A DNA stretch of 61,888 bases, filler included, from Syncephalis fuscata S228 (Eukaryota; Fungi; Zoopagomycota), in the NCBI GenBank assembly GCA_025786725.1. It is 5 parts of 5 records of this genome, joined end to end, with 100 filler letters (N's around TTAATTAATTAA, not from the genome) between each part and the next. Parts side by side here need not be neighbours in the genome. Positions count along the whole stretch, not along the records: positions 30,588 to 38,652 come from JAHLTZ010000320.1; positions 38,753 to 55,153 come from JAHLTZ010000202.1; 3 more parts are not named here. One strand, 5' to 3'. Within the stretch, counting starts at the first letter, position 1; every line of letters starts with the position of its first letter. The notes under the pieces are model-generated. The model made no database searches. It was not told the origin of the DNA and saw only the letters and a program-made list of their open reading frames with translations. This document shows positions 37,343 through 50,963 of this stretch, one piece after another. The translations under genes and the position numbers were made by a program.

Positions 37343-38652
37343 AACCCTTTTGTGAGAGCACTTGAAATGGCCATAGTGGTACACTGTAACTTATCACTGT
37401 AAATTTGACGTTGTATACCATATGTGTTTTATTTTATAGCGTGTTGTTGTATATTGTTATACAGTATAGTGGCCACGCTCTATCGATTGGCGCTGTCCAT
37501 TTTACGCTAGCTTTATAGTTGAAACTGGCCATTCCTTACACTCAGTTCGCTAATTACCATATTACGCAGTCACAATTGGACACACTAAAAAATTAATAGT
37601 AAATTAACGAAAAAATATACAGCAAATCCGATTGGTTCTGCGTACTCAGACGACAATTCTGGTTATAATAAGCCAATAAAATGCGATGTGTAAATATTTA
37701 TTGTTTTTATTCAGAATTGTATATGCATATCATAGCAATATTGGTCAAATATTGGTAAAAATAATAAGTATACAAATAAATTTGTTTATTTATTGCTATA
37801 ATTTGTTTATTATGATAGTGTGTTGATTGTTGTATGGTATACTGGCTACTGGGGGTCAATTTGGCCTATTCTAGTGCAGTCATTGCAGTAATTTCAGCTA
37901 ATGACCAGTCAGTATGGTTCTTGCAGGTCATTACTCGTAGTTCAGCTACCGTATTTTGTTTGTTTTGTTTGTTTTACGTAGTTTACGCATCACTCGCTTC
38001 CCCTGCGTTGTTTTTACGTATTTATCTATGTAATGGTCACTTTACTCGTTGTATTTTACTCATATTGGCCTCAATCTGCACAGCACATTGCCACAGCACT
38101 ACTGCTTGAGTGGCACCTTCCTAATATGAAGCCATTAGCGTGACCGTTTTTCGAACTCCAATACTAGGTCCCGTAGTGGTAGAACCCTTTTGTGAGAGCA
38201 CTTGAAATGGCCATAGTGGTACACTGTAACTTATCACTGTAAATTTGACGTTGTATACCATATGTGTTTTATTTTATAGCGTGTTGTTGTATATTGTTAT
38301 ACAGTATATGGCCACGCTCTATCGATTGGCGCTGTCCATTTTACGCTAGCTTTATAGTTGAAACTGGCCATTCCTTACACTCAGTTCGCTAATTACCATA
38401 TTACGCAGTCACAATTGGACACACTAAAAAATTAATAGTAAATTAACGAAAAAATATACAGCAAATCCGATTGGTTCTGCGTACTCAGACGACAATTCTG
38501 GTTATAATAAGCCAATAAAATGCGATGTGTAAATATTTATTGTTTTTTATTCAGAATTGTATATCATATCATGCAAATTGGTCAATATTGTAAAAATAAT
38601 AAGTATACAAATAAATTTGTTTATTTATTGCTATAATTGTTTATTATGATAG
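37343..38652. repeat. Near-identical ~475-bp direct repeat (37343-37818 and 38183-38652), 840-bp period; second copy runs into the contig end
   Basis: Both copies begin aacccttttgtgagagcacttgaaatggcc and differ only by a few small indels. Confidence 0.95.
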
Positions 38653-38752
38653 NNNNNNNNNNNNNNNNNNNNNNNNNNNNNNNNNNNNNNNNNNNNTTAA
38701 TTAATTAANNNNNNNNNNNNNNNNNNNNNNNNNNNNNNNNNNNNNNNNNNNN
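38653..38752. other. Artificial contig linker
   Basis: N-TTAATTAATTAA-N. Confidence 0.98.
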
Positions 38753-39586
38753 CACTAGTAAACTACTAAGCCACTATTAAGCTGTTAATATTGTTATTAA
38801 TTATTTATCAACAATAAACAAAATAATAAAATATTCTGTATTACTATTTAGTATAAAATAACTAGTAAAAACCTAAAATCGTATAAATTATATAGTTGTA
38901 AACCACTGTTTTACATAGATTAGCAAAACTAAATTTACACGCCAACTGCAACTAGTAAATTAGCAATTTAGCAATGCTTACTTCTGTGACTACTCGTCAC
39001 TTTATATTAAACCGCTTATTCAACGATGTCACATTATAGTATGTTCATTGCCAAATGTTTGATCTGATACAGCTTGATGCATGGTGCAATGCTCGTTTAT
39101 ACTATCTTTCTATTTATACTGAATGCTTGTTTATAGGCTAGAACTTGAAGTCTTATTCTCACACTATATTTTATGTTCTTGTCAATATGAAATAAGATAC
39201 TTTGGTCAATGTTACAATCTTTATAAAGAATGTGTATGGCTGCACTGTCACTGCCTTTGGTTATAAGTTAACATGTGGCGCAACTGCCATGGCGTTTGAT
39301 GAACAAGACACGCAAATGATATAATTAATAAACAATATTCTATAAGCATTAGATTTATACTTTCTATTTGTCTACCATAACAATGTTGTTATATTTATAG
39401 CATTATTAAAGCAACATCCGTACTATTTATGTGCTATTCAGGATTTTTTGCCATAGGATTATTGTATTCGACTGGCAGATATCTTTATAAAAACGCTACT
39501 GCCATATAATAACTTGCCAATTATTTGCTTGCGCGTTATTCTACACTATTAATAAAACTATTTATTAAGCATTATCAGCCATCTAA

Positions 39587-40645
39587 TGTGATTTGGAAGT
39601 TAAAAGACTAAATTTAACAATGTTTATTTTATTGAACATCGAACTGGATGGTGAACGACATTAAAATTTAAAATATTCATCATCATAGATTATTATCCAG
39701 TATGCATATATCTTCTATTTACCGTATATCATTACCATTATATTCTCCTACTCTTATACAACATTTTATCAGTAAAACAGTAACAGCAAGTATAGCCAAT
39801 ACAGTTATTGTGCTGGCAACTATGCATATACAGTAGTAGCAATAGTAGCAGATCGTACTACTGTATGACGCTAAAGACTTGTTCAACGACTATACTAGCA
39901 GTACCTTCAATATTAGTATTGCTGTATGTGTATAGCAGCTGTACACAGTGGCTGTGTTGGCTATATGCTGCCAAAGTCACGTGTACTTTGTTTTAATATA
40001 GATCTGCAGTAATCTACAGCAAACAACAAAGCATACAACGTGATTTTAACAGTATATACCCAATATAGCATAAAACAAACCAGAAATGTACTTACTATGC
40101 CAATACAAGTGCTAACACCAATGATTGAAGTAAAAAAGCTGTTTTGTAAAAAAGGTCAGATTACAAAAGAGCAATGCAAGTACATAGTGTAAATAGTGTT
40201 TGTACTTGACTAGTAGCCAGCCAACTACTGACACTATCTATGTAGCATATATGGAGTGTACATGTAATGGATATATGTGTCAAGTGTAAGAAAAAGAAAG
40301 GAAATGTGTGACGTAGATTGTGATTTGTGGTCCCTGTCAGTCAATATTTATAAACAGCCGAGTTTAATTTATTAATAAATGGAGTGTAAATAATAAAAGT
40401 CAATTTACCCAACATGTCGGTACATCATAGAACAGACTAATAGTAAATGAATAAATGCATCAAGAATAAAAGCTATTTACCCCCAAAACTACTCATTATA
40501 TAAACATATATTCAGTATATTAAAAGATCAATTAAATATAATAAAAAGTCATTTACACCCAGAAAACACTCATTATCATAGAACATGTTGTCAGTATAAT
40601 AGCAAATGTATTAAAAGAATAAAAGTCATTTGACACCAAAAATAA
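39587..40645. mobile_element. Second, more diverged ~1.06-kb segment bounded by inverted termini of the repeat family
   Basis: Left: gtgatttggaagttaaaagact..tattgaacatc..ggtgaacgacat..catcatcatagattattatccagtatgcatata. Right: four ~76-bp tandem units ending aaaagtcatttgacaccaaaa, the reverse complement of the family terminus. Confidence 0.55.
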
Positions 40646-40822
40646 TTAAAATGAAACATTAGTTTTATTGCATTATAAAACGATAATTTATATACTAAAT
40701 AAAAAGAATTACAATATTTATTGATAACATATAAGCAATGAATGGACAATATAAAGCAGCTAAGTATATAAGACAGTTAGTATTATGACTTGTATAATTG
40801 TTAGTGATTAGTTACCTTTTGA

Positions 40823-42870
40823 CTAAAATGCTCTCTTGTTAAGCCGGCATTTTCGGAAGGGAAGGACTCGTCGTGGTAACCCAGGCGCCAACCAGCAGCG
40901 CTCTTCGACAACTGATGCTTCTTCCACTGGCGAAGAAACAGCGTCAGTAAACCAAGAGCAATCCAGTGCCTTTTCTACTGTATAGCGCGCAGCACTGTCG
41001 CAATCCAATAGTCCCTTCATTAAGCGAACAACTATAATATGTTAGTTATTATTAATAAAAAAGCATGTAACTTACTTGGTTCACTCGGTTCATTTGGTTG
41101 TCCTCGGCCAAATGTAGGCGAGCTCTCTAGTATACTTATTATGTAAGTAACTAGAAGATGTGTCTCACTGTAAGGACAGCATCCTAAATAATAGCGTAGA
41201 ATAGTTAGTATAGTAGTTTGTTTTTTGTTTGCACTTACCAAAGATTATTTTGTGGAGTGTCGCACCTAAACTCCATATATCGGCCGGCTTCCCACAGCCA
41301 TCGGCACCCAGCAATGCTGGAGTTAGCCGGTTCTTGAGGAGCGGGTCTTTGTTGATAGTGTCAAGCAAAGACTCGCGCTTTTCGGTCCCTAATAGCACCT
41401 CTGGTGCCATGTAAGGAGTTGTGCCGCCGAAGTTATGCACAACTGAGGACGAGCGCAAGGACTGCGCAATCCCAAAGTCGGTATAAACGACCTTGGGGTC
41501 CCCCCGACCACCTAGCATTAGCACATTGCTAGGCTATTTAAATGTTAATAAATATTATAAATATCAAATGGATTGCTTACTTTAATGTCTAAATAATAAA
41601 AATTGTAATATCGTAATGGTTGTGATTAGTAGTTGTGTTAATAAATAAATTAGTTTACTTACCTCGGTGGATTACATTCTTGCTGTGAATGAACTAATAA
41701 AGCGTTAATGTTTTAATTAATATTGTATAATAATACTTACTGCAATCCCTTCGAGTAGTTGTTTAAAAATAGTTTTTACTTCCATCTCTGGAAGTGGGGC
41801 GTGAAGTCGTAAATACTGACTTAGGTCGCCACCCGCCACATACTGAAGGATCAAGTACGTGTTAATGGGGGTGACCTCGTTCCCTAGCAGCTTTACAACG
41901 TTGGGTGACTACCCACACGTTTCAAAGTGCTAACCTCGTCAGTAAACTGCGGATTCGCAGTTTGCTGACGAGATTTTTACCGCGACACCGCCGCGCGGCG
42001 TTCGCGGTTTTGTCCTAGACGGACTGTGCCAAATCCGCCTCTATTATAAATAATTAATTAGTTATCTAGCTATTTTGTTTAATTTAAATACTTACCGCCC
42101 AAGGACCACCCCAGTGATCACGTAGCGCGCCTCAATGTTCTACAATACAAATAAACATAGTATGTTAGTAATATTTAGCTATATTTATAAACTTACCCGT
42201 TGAAATAGCGTGCTATTTTCAATTTGGGCGGGTGCGATGTGTTTAATTATGTGAACATTAAACACAGCTATTATTTATAATTAGAAGTAATACCAATGAA
42301 TAGTTGTTACTTACCATTACTACTAGGGATTTCAATGATGCAATCTCTAGTGAATACTTTGGATTTACGGATGCCCAATTCAACACCATTAACTAAATTA
42401 AACGTCAATAATTTGATTCTATTACTTGTTAAAACTTGCCCATTAAAATTGGCAATCCCGTGTTCTAATTTACTACTTAGTAATAAAACGCTAATAGTTA
42501 TTTACTTACTGTGCATGAAACCGCTGTATGGCCCTATAATGATTCATAATTAATAATTAGTTATTGGAGTGTATAATGTACTTACTGCCGACACTTTAAA
42601 GCAAACTTGTGGCATATCGGCACATCTAACTGGTAATGGCTATTTGAAATATAACATATTGTTAGTTTGATACTATTATAAACTTAATGTTACTTACCAT
42701 TGTTGGCCAGTACCAACGGTAAATTCTACACCGCCTGTTAAGACATGTTCTAAACAGCTATTGTTTAGATTCAAACGTATTCAATATCATTCCAACACAC
42801 CTTGTGGTATAGTGCTATAAACTTCCACCCAACCAGTAGTGCTATTGCACTTTTCTTCAAAGATGGTCAT
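40823..42870 (-). CDS. FHA-like + Ser/Thr kinase (Chk2/Mek1-like), many small exons; apparent frameshifts near 41900-41990
   Basis: GWVEV..FTVGTGQQC..NGQVLT..NGVELG (FHA-like); YVITGVVLGRGGFGTV; HPNVVKLL; QYVAGGDL; IHSKNVIHRDIKPSNVL; TDFGIA; GGTTPYMAPE; DIWSLG; RYTVEKALDCSWF. Confidence 0.85.
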
Positions 42871-45819
42871 AATAAATATTATTTGGTTATTGGAAAAATA
42901 TAATTTCGAAAACAAATAATGATTCAATTATAGAAACAAGTGTTAAAAGTGGAATGTTATTACTAAGTGTGAAGAATAGTAATTTATTTAATGTGTGTTA
43001 ATTGAAAGGTATTTATAGCAAAATGGACATATTTGTTGGTGCTATAGCTTAAGGTAGGCATAGTAGCACAATGATAAAAAACAATGACATGTTTGATTGT
43101 GAGCGCATTAAGCCATTCAAATTTGAACATTGCGCAATAAAACAAAGACATGTAACGCAGAGATATAAAGGAATGTAGTACAATGTGTTGACAGACAATA
43201 AATACAGCGAATAATAATGTTTAAATTGAAATACATGTGTTATTTATACTATGACAGTTTTGTTTTATAATTGGTAACAACAAAAATAGTACAAAGAAGC
43301 AATACACTTTTATTTTCTAATGACAGCATAATACTCTAAACATTGACATTAAGATTTCTAATATCATGTATGAATATTAAATAAATGAATATAATGATCT
43401 AACCATATTTCTCAGATAATTGCAATAACATACTATGTGGATTTAAACATATTTACAACATCAAATTTCAATTAGTATTAAAATAAATTGACATTAATAG
43501 TACTTTGTTTTATAAATAATTTAATGTTAATTTTATTGTTGCATAATAAACTTATTAATATTACAGCTCTGTTTATAAATTGCATAGTAAACTATTACTT
43601 CTATCAATATTCTAGATATTTACTTGGCTAAGCATGCATGTGCCACATCATACTGGTTTTCATGTTGGCCTTTGCAGTCGATATGGTTACGTGTTTATTC
43701 CTGCTTTTACTTCATAGCTTTAACGGACTTTGTAATGTAATATAAACAACGTGTATTTTATTTCTATTTAGTAGCATTGAAACTCAATCGGTGAATTATG
43801 TTATAGACCATATTTCTAAAGAAAAGTAGTCATTTTTATTTAACTAATACAGTAATAAATTGTGTGGATCGATTATCTAATTGCGTGCCAATGGCAAGAA
43901 TACTTGGGGGAAAGCAAAAATACCCGCTAGACCCTGAAAATATTGATAGCATCGGAAAGAGCCGCTATTATAGTGGTACAACTGATTAAGAATGGTTGAT
44001 TTGGCTATGTTTCGGTTGCATTGGCCAATTGATTCAACTAGCCAGTGTAGATATGCTGATTATGCGCGGAAATGACCAGCAAATGGAAGGCAAAAGTGAG
44101 CAAATATGGAAATAAGGAAGGGATTATAATCCAATTTACTGATAAGATGGTATCTGACATTAGAAGATTTCAGTCAGTTGCAATACGCCAATGAACAGCT
44201 GTCACATACTATTTACCAATATTGTTTATTCTAACTGGTAAATATGTCTTAAAGCCTTAATGTTCTGACATTACTTTTGCTCATTACCTCGCCTTCTCCT
44301 GTTCTAGTTGTTAATGTGTTGTAAACCGTTTGTTAATGGTTAGCATCAAATCTAGTAGTTACATCCAGTGGTGTGTGGTCCCCTTGTTGGTTGACCATGG
44401 AATACTGTGTTTTTACTTTTGAGCTGTGTTGAATGTGTAATACGATATTTGCAGACTATTGTATCATACTAAATCAGCAATTATATGGCTGCCCGTGGTA
44501 GGCGGCTGTATACTAACGTAGTGCGGAGACATGTGGGATAGCAGGGCGTGCAGTAGCAGTATTTAGCAAGTCAGTATTGCTGCACGCCCCCTTTATGTGG
44601 ATGCGGCGACCTGTAATGGGTGGCCATATGTTAGTGCTCACTTGCTTGTAACGCGCGCTGGAGGTGTGTGGTAGTGTTCAACTTGCTGAATACTGCCATC
44701 ACACACCAGATTGTTGTGATATGTGAATTCCTGTAATAGGCGAATGTATATCTATACTGTTTACTTGTGGGTGTTATTAAATGATTGCATTATAATTTCA
44801 TTAGTATTATATCATCTAAATGTCGTGCGGCGGTCAGGATTATTAAGTATTGGAGACTTCGGACGGGAGTGTACTGTGCGGCATTGCTATATGATATACC
44901 ACTATGATTATGATGTGCTTATTCAATAATGCAGCAGTATATGATAATATCCATTTTTTAATCGTAGTATGCAGCGGTGTTTATACACTTAGCTTTACAC
45001 ACTAGCTACAATTGGGTGAACCAGTAGACCAGTGGTGTTTATTGATGCATGTCATATCGTTTAATAAACCATATTGTCATCTTGATAGAAAGCTAGTATA
45101 AAGCTATGTGCTTCGGACATATGGTATTTGCGCCAAATAGTGCTATCGTCAGTACTCCAGGTGGACGCATAGTTTCTTTATTAGCTGCTCTCTCGATTAA
45201 CAACTTTTAACTTTTACATTTTCAGTTTACTTGTTTATATATTTTCTAATGCAACAGTATTCAAACAACAGATAACCACACTAAATGTACACTATGAATC
45301 ACATATGGACAACAATCAACTAAATGTAGGTGCTTTGTATCTACTAAGCAATACTAACAAATATCTGTTACAGTTATTCGACCATTGGTACCAGTTCGAC
45401 AAGTATATCCAGATTATATTTGTCATTATGCACCATTATTTTGCATGTATATTACATACCAACTATTGTCTTCATTGGCACAAGTATCAACAGCAGCATT
45501 ATATATTGTTGTTGATGCCATCACTTGACATGGTTTTCCAAATGAAGGGAAATATGTCCATTTGGTTTTTATCCAGTCAAGTGCTGATTGGTATTGTTAC
45601 TGCATACTTGTTAAGCGTGTTGATTAAATAAATAAGTGGCAGTGGTGGCAAAGAGAGCGTTATATATACTAAACTGAAACGACTTTAATAGTCTGTATGA
45701 AAGTGTTTATTGAAACGACATAATACTACAATAATAAATCTATCACTATTGATATATTTACTTATTATATTTATTTGGTCAAGATGCCACCAATGTTTAA
45801 ACAGCTTATTAGCATTTTA

Positions 45820-45990
45820 ATGTAATTTGATGGTCAAATAACTACATTTAATAACATTCAACCTATTAAACATGGGGCTGTGTAGCGAATGACACCAGTG
45901 ATCAAATACTCATCATTATAGATTTATTATTCGGTATACATGTATACTCTATTCATTTATATCGTTACCACCTTATTTCCATATTATTAC
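45820..45990 (+). repeat. Diverged copy of the dispersed repeat family
   Basis: tgtaatttgatggtcaaataac..tttaataacattcaacctattaaacatgggg..gacaccagtgatcaaatactcatcattatagatttatt. Confidence 0.75.
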
Positions 45991-46462
45991 ATGTCATTCT
46001 ATTAAATAGAGACCGCTCTTTATTCAAAACATTATCCGTTTGGCACCAGTTCTACTCGTTACTAATTTTTCTCATTTCGTTTACTGGTAATACACGTTAT
46101 AACTTTAGCATTTTTATTTATAAATGGCTATTGCATATTCATTATATTCTAGAGAAATAAGAAATGTTTCTATAAATATAATTGACTACTAATGTTATCT
46201 AGTATTAATAAAACATAGAGTCAAAAGACATCGAGTCAAATATGCAATCTATATTGGGTCAAACTATCTTCAATGTTCATATTGCACCATAACTGCTAAT
46301 TGGTGTGGACACATAAATAACAGCCCCATAAAGTGAACTAATAGATATGATAGACAGAAACAAGGTGATGAGTGATAAGAATCGGCTTTTAGTGTTGCTT
46401 ACGCGTGTCACGAATTGTTTCTATCTGTTCGCTAGTCTTTCTTTATTTGTAACTTTATTGCC

Positions 46463-49400
46463 ATGTCCCTTACTACTGGTAACCTCATTGTTGTTTCGCT
46501 ATTTCTTCCTGTTACTATACGGGCTAAAGAGACATGCACGGATGACCAGCCACCGTTTAAATCCTATCTTTCGGAAACTGACCAAAGCTATGACGAACGT
46601 CTACGAGTCCATACCGCGCCCGATCTGCGGAATGAGACAGACACCGGTGCAATCTCTCCTGGCGTACCAGACGAAAAGGAACTGCCATTAGCTTTTAATA
46701 ACAATCCTAAAGTGCCCGTTTTAAATACAGGTAGAGAACGAAGCGAAAGTATCGAGCCAGTCGGTCGACAGCCATCACTATCGTCGTCGTCGTCGTCGTC
46801 GAAACTTCCACGGCCTTTACGTGAGGTGGCCGACCGGCCTTTGACACCTACTCGTCCAGTAATGCCTGTCAATAAGGACTTATTGCAATTTCTGCCAACA
46901 ACTGAAAGCAATAGACGAACCGTTGCAAATGAACACGAACCGAAAGTATCAACACCTGTCTCACCGATACCATTATCGCCAAACAACCTTACTAATGTAG
47001 CTAGTAAGACTGGCTATAGTGATTTAGAAAAACCAGGCTTTGGTCGATCTATGTCTTATGGCAATATGCCACGACCAGCCTACTTTCTATCTAGCACACC
47101 AAATAGTCCAATGGCTGATCGCAATCATACAGCATCGACTACGGCCGATTACGATCAGGCGAGAGCGATGACAACAGCAATACCAAAGACAAATCTACGT
47201 GATACTTCAGCACCCCTTAATCAACGTGTGCCATCACCATCTGTGACAGCCGAACGTAGTTTCTCTTTTCATACGTCAACACTGCGCAATGGTGGACTAC
47301 ACAATGCTTTATTATCGGCGTCTGCACGATTACCACGTCGTACACTTATCGGCACTTTAGGTGTACCGGCTGATCATCTTACAGAAGGTGAACGGTCACG
47401 TATAGACCATGAACTTGCAGAAGATGGCGAGCAAGAACGACGATGGGGTACGGTAAAGGTTGTATGGACAGATTCGGCTCAAATGCACGGCCATTACGAC
47501 CAATTCTGTAAACAAGTACTTTGGCCAATGTTCCATTATGTATTGCCAGAATATCCAAAATCACAAGGATGGGAAGCCGATGCATGGCAAAAATGTCTAC
47601 GTGTTCATGAACAGTTCCTTGAAGCAGTTGTTGCTGTCTATAAGCCAGGCGATGTTAGTAAGTTAGATATTGATACTATCTACTGTATATAGATTAATAT
47701 AATACTAGTCTGGATCAATGACTACCACTTGATGTTATTACCGGCCATGATTCGCAAGCGATTACCCGATGCAAGTATAGGATTCTTTTTACATGTACCA
47801 TTTCCAAGTTCAGAAATCTTTCGCTGCTTACACGGTATTACTTGATACTGAGATACTCACACTTATACTAACTACAGCTATTAATTGCAACTTTTGTATG
47901 AGTAGTACGAAAGGAAATCCTTGAAGGCCTATTAGGTGCCAATCTTATTGGATTCCAAACGTATTCATTTGCACGCCATTTCATACAAACGTGCTCTCGT
48001 GTACTACGTGTTGAAACGACACCGGCCTCAATAGAGCTTGACAATCATGCTGTACAAGTTGGCATATTCCCAATTGGTAGGTAGATTGATGGAGATAGAG
48101 TATAATAGTTGTTAATACATACAATATATTATAATATATTATAATGTATGTACATATAATTAGGTATTGATGCTATTGCTTTAAATACAAGACGGTAAGC
48201 AAATGCAATATTTAAATTAAGCATCATTAATATTACAATATTTAGTAAACATCCACATGTGACGGAAATCGTCAATGTATTAAAAGAACGCTATGCTGGT
48301 AAAAAGATCATCGTGAGCCGTGATAAACTTGATTACGTTAAAGGTGTACGACAAAAATTAATTGGATTTGAAAAGTTCCTTGAAATGTACCCAGATTGGT
48401 GTGGCAAGGTAAAATAGATTGTAGTTTAGCATGATAGTATAGCTTATAATTTGAAATAGGCAGTGCTTATTCAAATTGCTCTATCGACGACTGAGCACAA
48501 TGAATTAAATGCACAAGTATCCGATGTAGTAGCACGGATCAATTCACGCTATGGTAGTATTGCCTATCAGCCAGTGGTTTATCTACGGCAGGATATTGCA
48601 TTTGAACACTATCTTGGCCTACTCACTGCTGCCGATGCCTTTATGATCACCAGTATACGTGAAGGTATGAACTTGACAAGTCACGAATTTGTTTGCTGTC
48701 AAGCAGCCAAACGTAGTCCATTAATTATCAGCGAGGTAGGTTATAGTTTAATTTAATTTGCTGTCTGTTAATTAAGGCATATTTTTATTTAGTTTGCCGG
48801 TACTTATGGCAGTTTTGGTGCAGCCATTCGAGTGAATCCTTGGGATTATAAGGAAATGGCTGAGGCTATCTATGAAGCACTTGTAATGGACGAGGAAGAA
48901 CGTACAGTACGCTGGCAAGAATTATATCGACATGTCACAACAAACACAGCTCAGTACTGGGTTGAATCGTTTGTTGGTGAGCTGAACCGAACACACTGTG
49001 ACTTTAAACGTCGAAAGTCTGTCCGTATACCGCAAGTAGGCGATGGACGCTTACAAGCCGAGTATATAATGGCAAAGAAACGACTGTAAGTGGCTAATGA
49101 GTAAGATTAATAGTATAGCACTAATGATACAGATCATCATAGTATTTTCCTTGATTATGACGGCACATTAGTTCCATTCCAAAAAACACTAATGTTTTGA
49201 CACCATTGCCTGAATGTTCGGCCGCATTACTTGATCGATTAACTACTGATCCAAAAAATCACGTATTTATTGTAAGTGGGCGCACGACTACCGATTTACA
49301 AGAGATATTTGCCAATGTATCAAACGTTAGTTTATGGTAAGTAGTTTTAGAAAAACGGTTATTATATCAACAAGTATTCATATACGTTTATATAGTGCGG

Positions 49401-50211
49401 AGAATGGTTGTTATATGCGTCTACGTGGTGAATCGACTTGGAAATGTTTATTGCCCGAAGAAGATGAGGATAGTATATGGCGAGCAAAGATTCGTGAAAT
49501 ATTTGCCTATTATACAGAGCGTACACCTGGATCGTTTATTGAAGAAAAACAAGCAGCTATTGTATGGGTAAGTACAATAACATAATAATACAATGTATTA
49601 TTAATATATATATATAAGCATTATCGAGCTGCAGAGAATCCAAGCTATGGTGCATGGCAAGCTGCCGAGTGCCAGAATCATTTACAAGACTCGTTGGGTT
49701 GTGTATTACCGGTGCATGTTGCAGTTGGTAATAAAGCGATTGAAGTAAGTTATTTAATGATCATACGACACTATTTACTTAACATGTAATGTTGCGTTAT
49801 GATTAATATCGCTAAATATAGGTATTGCCAAGTGCCGCCAGTGATGCTAATATCGTGCAACGAGCACTATCAATTAAACTAGATGTTGAGATGGTAGTTG
49901 CTGTTGGTAGTTCACGAGCATTTGAAGATATTTTTGAATATCTTGATAACTTGCAACAGCAACGTAGTTCAACGAACGATAATACAAGTCCCAAACTAGG
50001 CGATACTTTATCATTGACTGCATCATCTTCGTCTCCATTACCGGCTGATATGCTACGTACGTGTATTACTTGCACTGTAGGTAATCGCAATAGTCGTGCC
50101 AAATTTACTGTACATCGACCACGAGATGTTATCGCGCTACTCGATCGACTTACTGGCACACCAACCGATCACAATTTAAGTGGTGCTAATCCAGAGATCG
50201 ATACAACATGA
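46463..50211 (+). CDS. Trehalose-6-phosphate synthase/phosphatase complex subunit, Tsl1/Tps3-like (GT20 + HAD); multi-exon
   Basis: GHYDQFCKQVLWPMFHY, WINDYHLMLLP, GFFLHVPFPSSEIFR, RDKLDYVKG, REGMNLTSHEF, FLDYDGTL, AENG, ERTPGSFIEEK. Confidence 0.93.
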
Positions 50212-50721
50212 TCTATTGTGTTGAAGTATTAATAATGCCATTATGTTAAGTCATCTGATAATAAAATTTTCAGTATATTAGCTTAGTAATATAAAACTGT
50301 TGATTTACAAATTAATGATTTGTCTAATACATTTTATTATATTTTAATATCAACTAGCGACTTGTAAATCAATATACCTAAATAATCAATAATAGTACTA
50401 GATTGTATGTTAGTTATTGTTATTACTATGATATTAAATAGAATGTCCGACAACATCAACGTTTTTCAATCCCACTATTATATCGATAATATAGTCAGAG
50501 TATCAATAAATTGAACATAACGTGACGATAGCCGTGCCTTGTTGCTTCCAATCCAAATGGATAAGAAACTAGCATAATTATTCTAGCATAGGGTACTTCA
50601 GCGGTTCGTTCACGGGTAAAAAACGATGCTGTACACACAAACTATGCAGATGATGCAGATAAATAGCGTATCTACTTACCAATAAATACAGATAAATAAA
50701 CAAACATCGATTAAAGTTAAA

Positions 50722-50760
50722 TGGATGAATGAATGAATAGATGGATGGATGGATGGATAA
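50722..50760. repeat. (TGAA)n/(TGGA)n compound microsatellite
   Basis: atggatgaatgaatgaatagatggatggatggatggata. Confidence 0.8.
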
Positions 50761-50963
50761 ATAAAGGTAATGTACAAAAGTATAATGTTTGTGATGTTTG
50801 TATAAAATTGAATAATCACAGATCTAGTAGGCACAGTTTACCAGTCATTTTGCACTTGTCATATTTTACAATCCAGTAATTAACACATTCATGCAGGTAT
50901 TATTTGATAGTCAATAAAATATAATAAGGCCATTTAATTTATAGTATAATATATGATACTTTA

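Noticed and set aside
37341-37350. aaccct as a telomeric repeat seed
   Set aside because: Single hexamer, not iterated.
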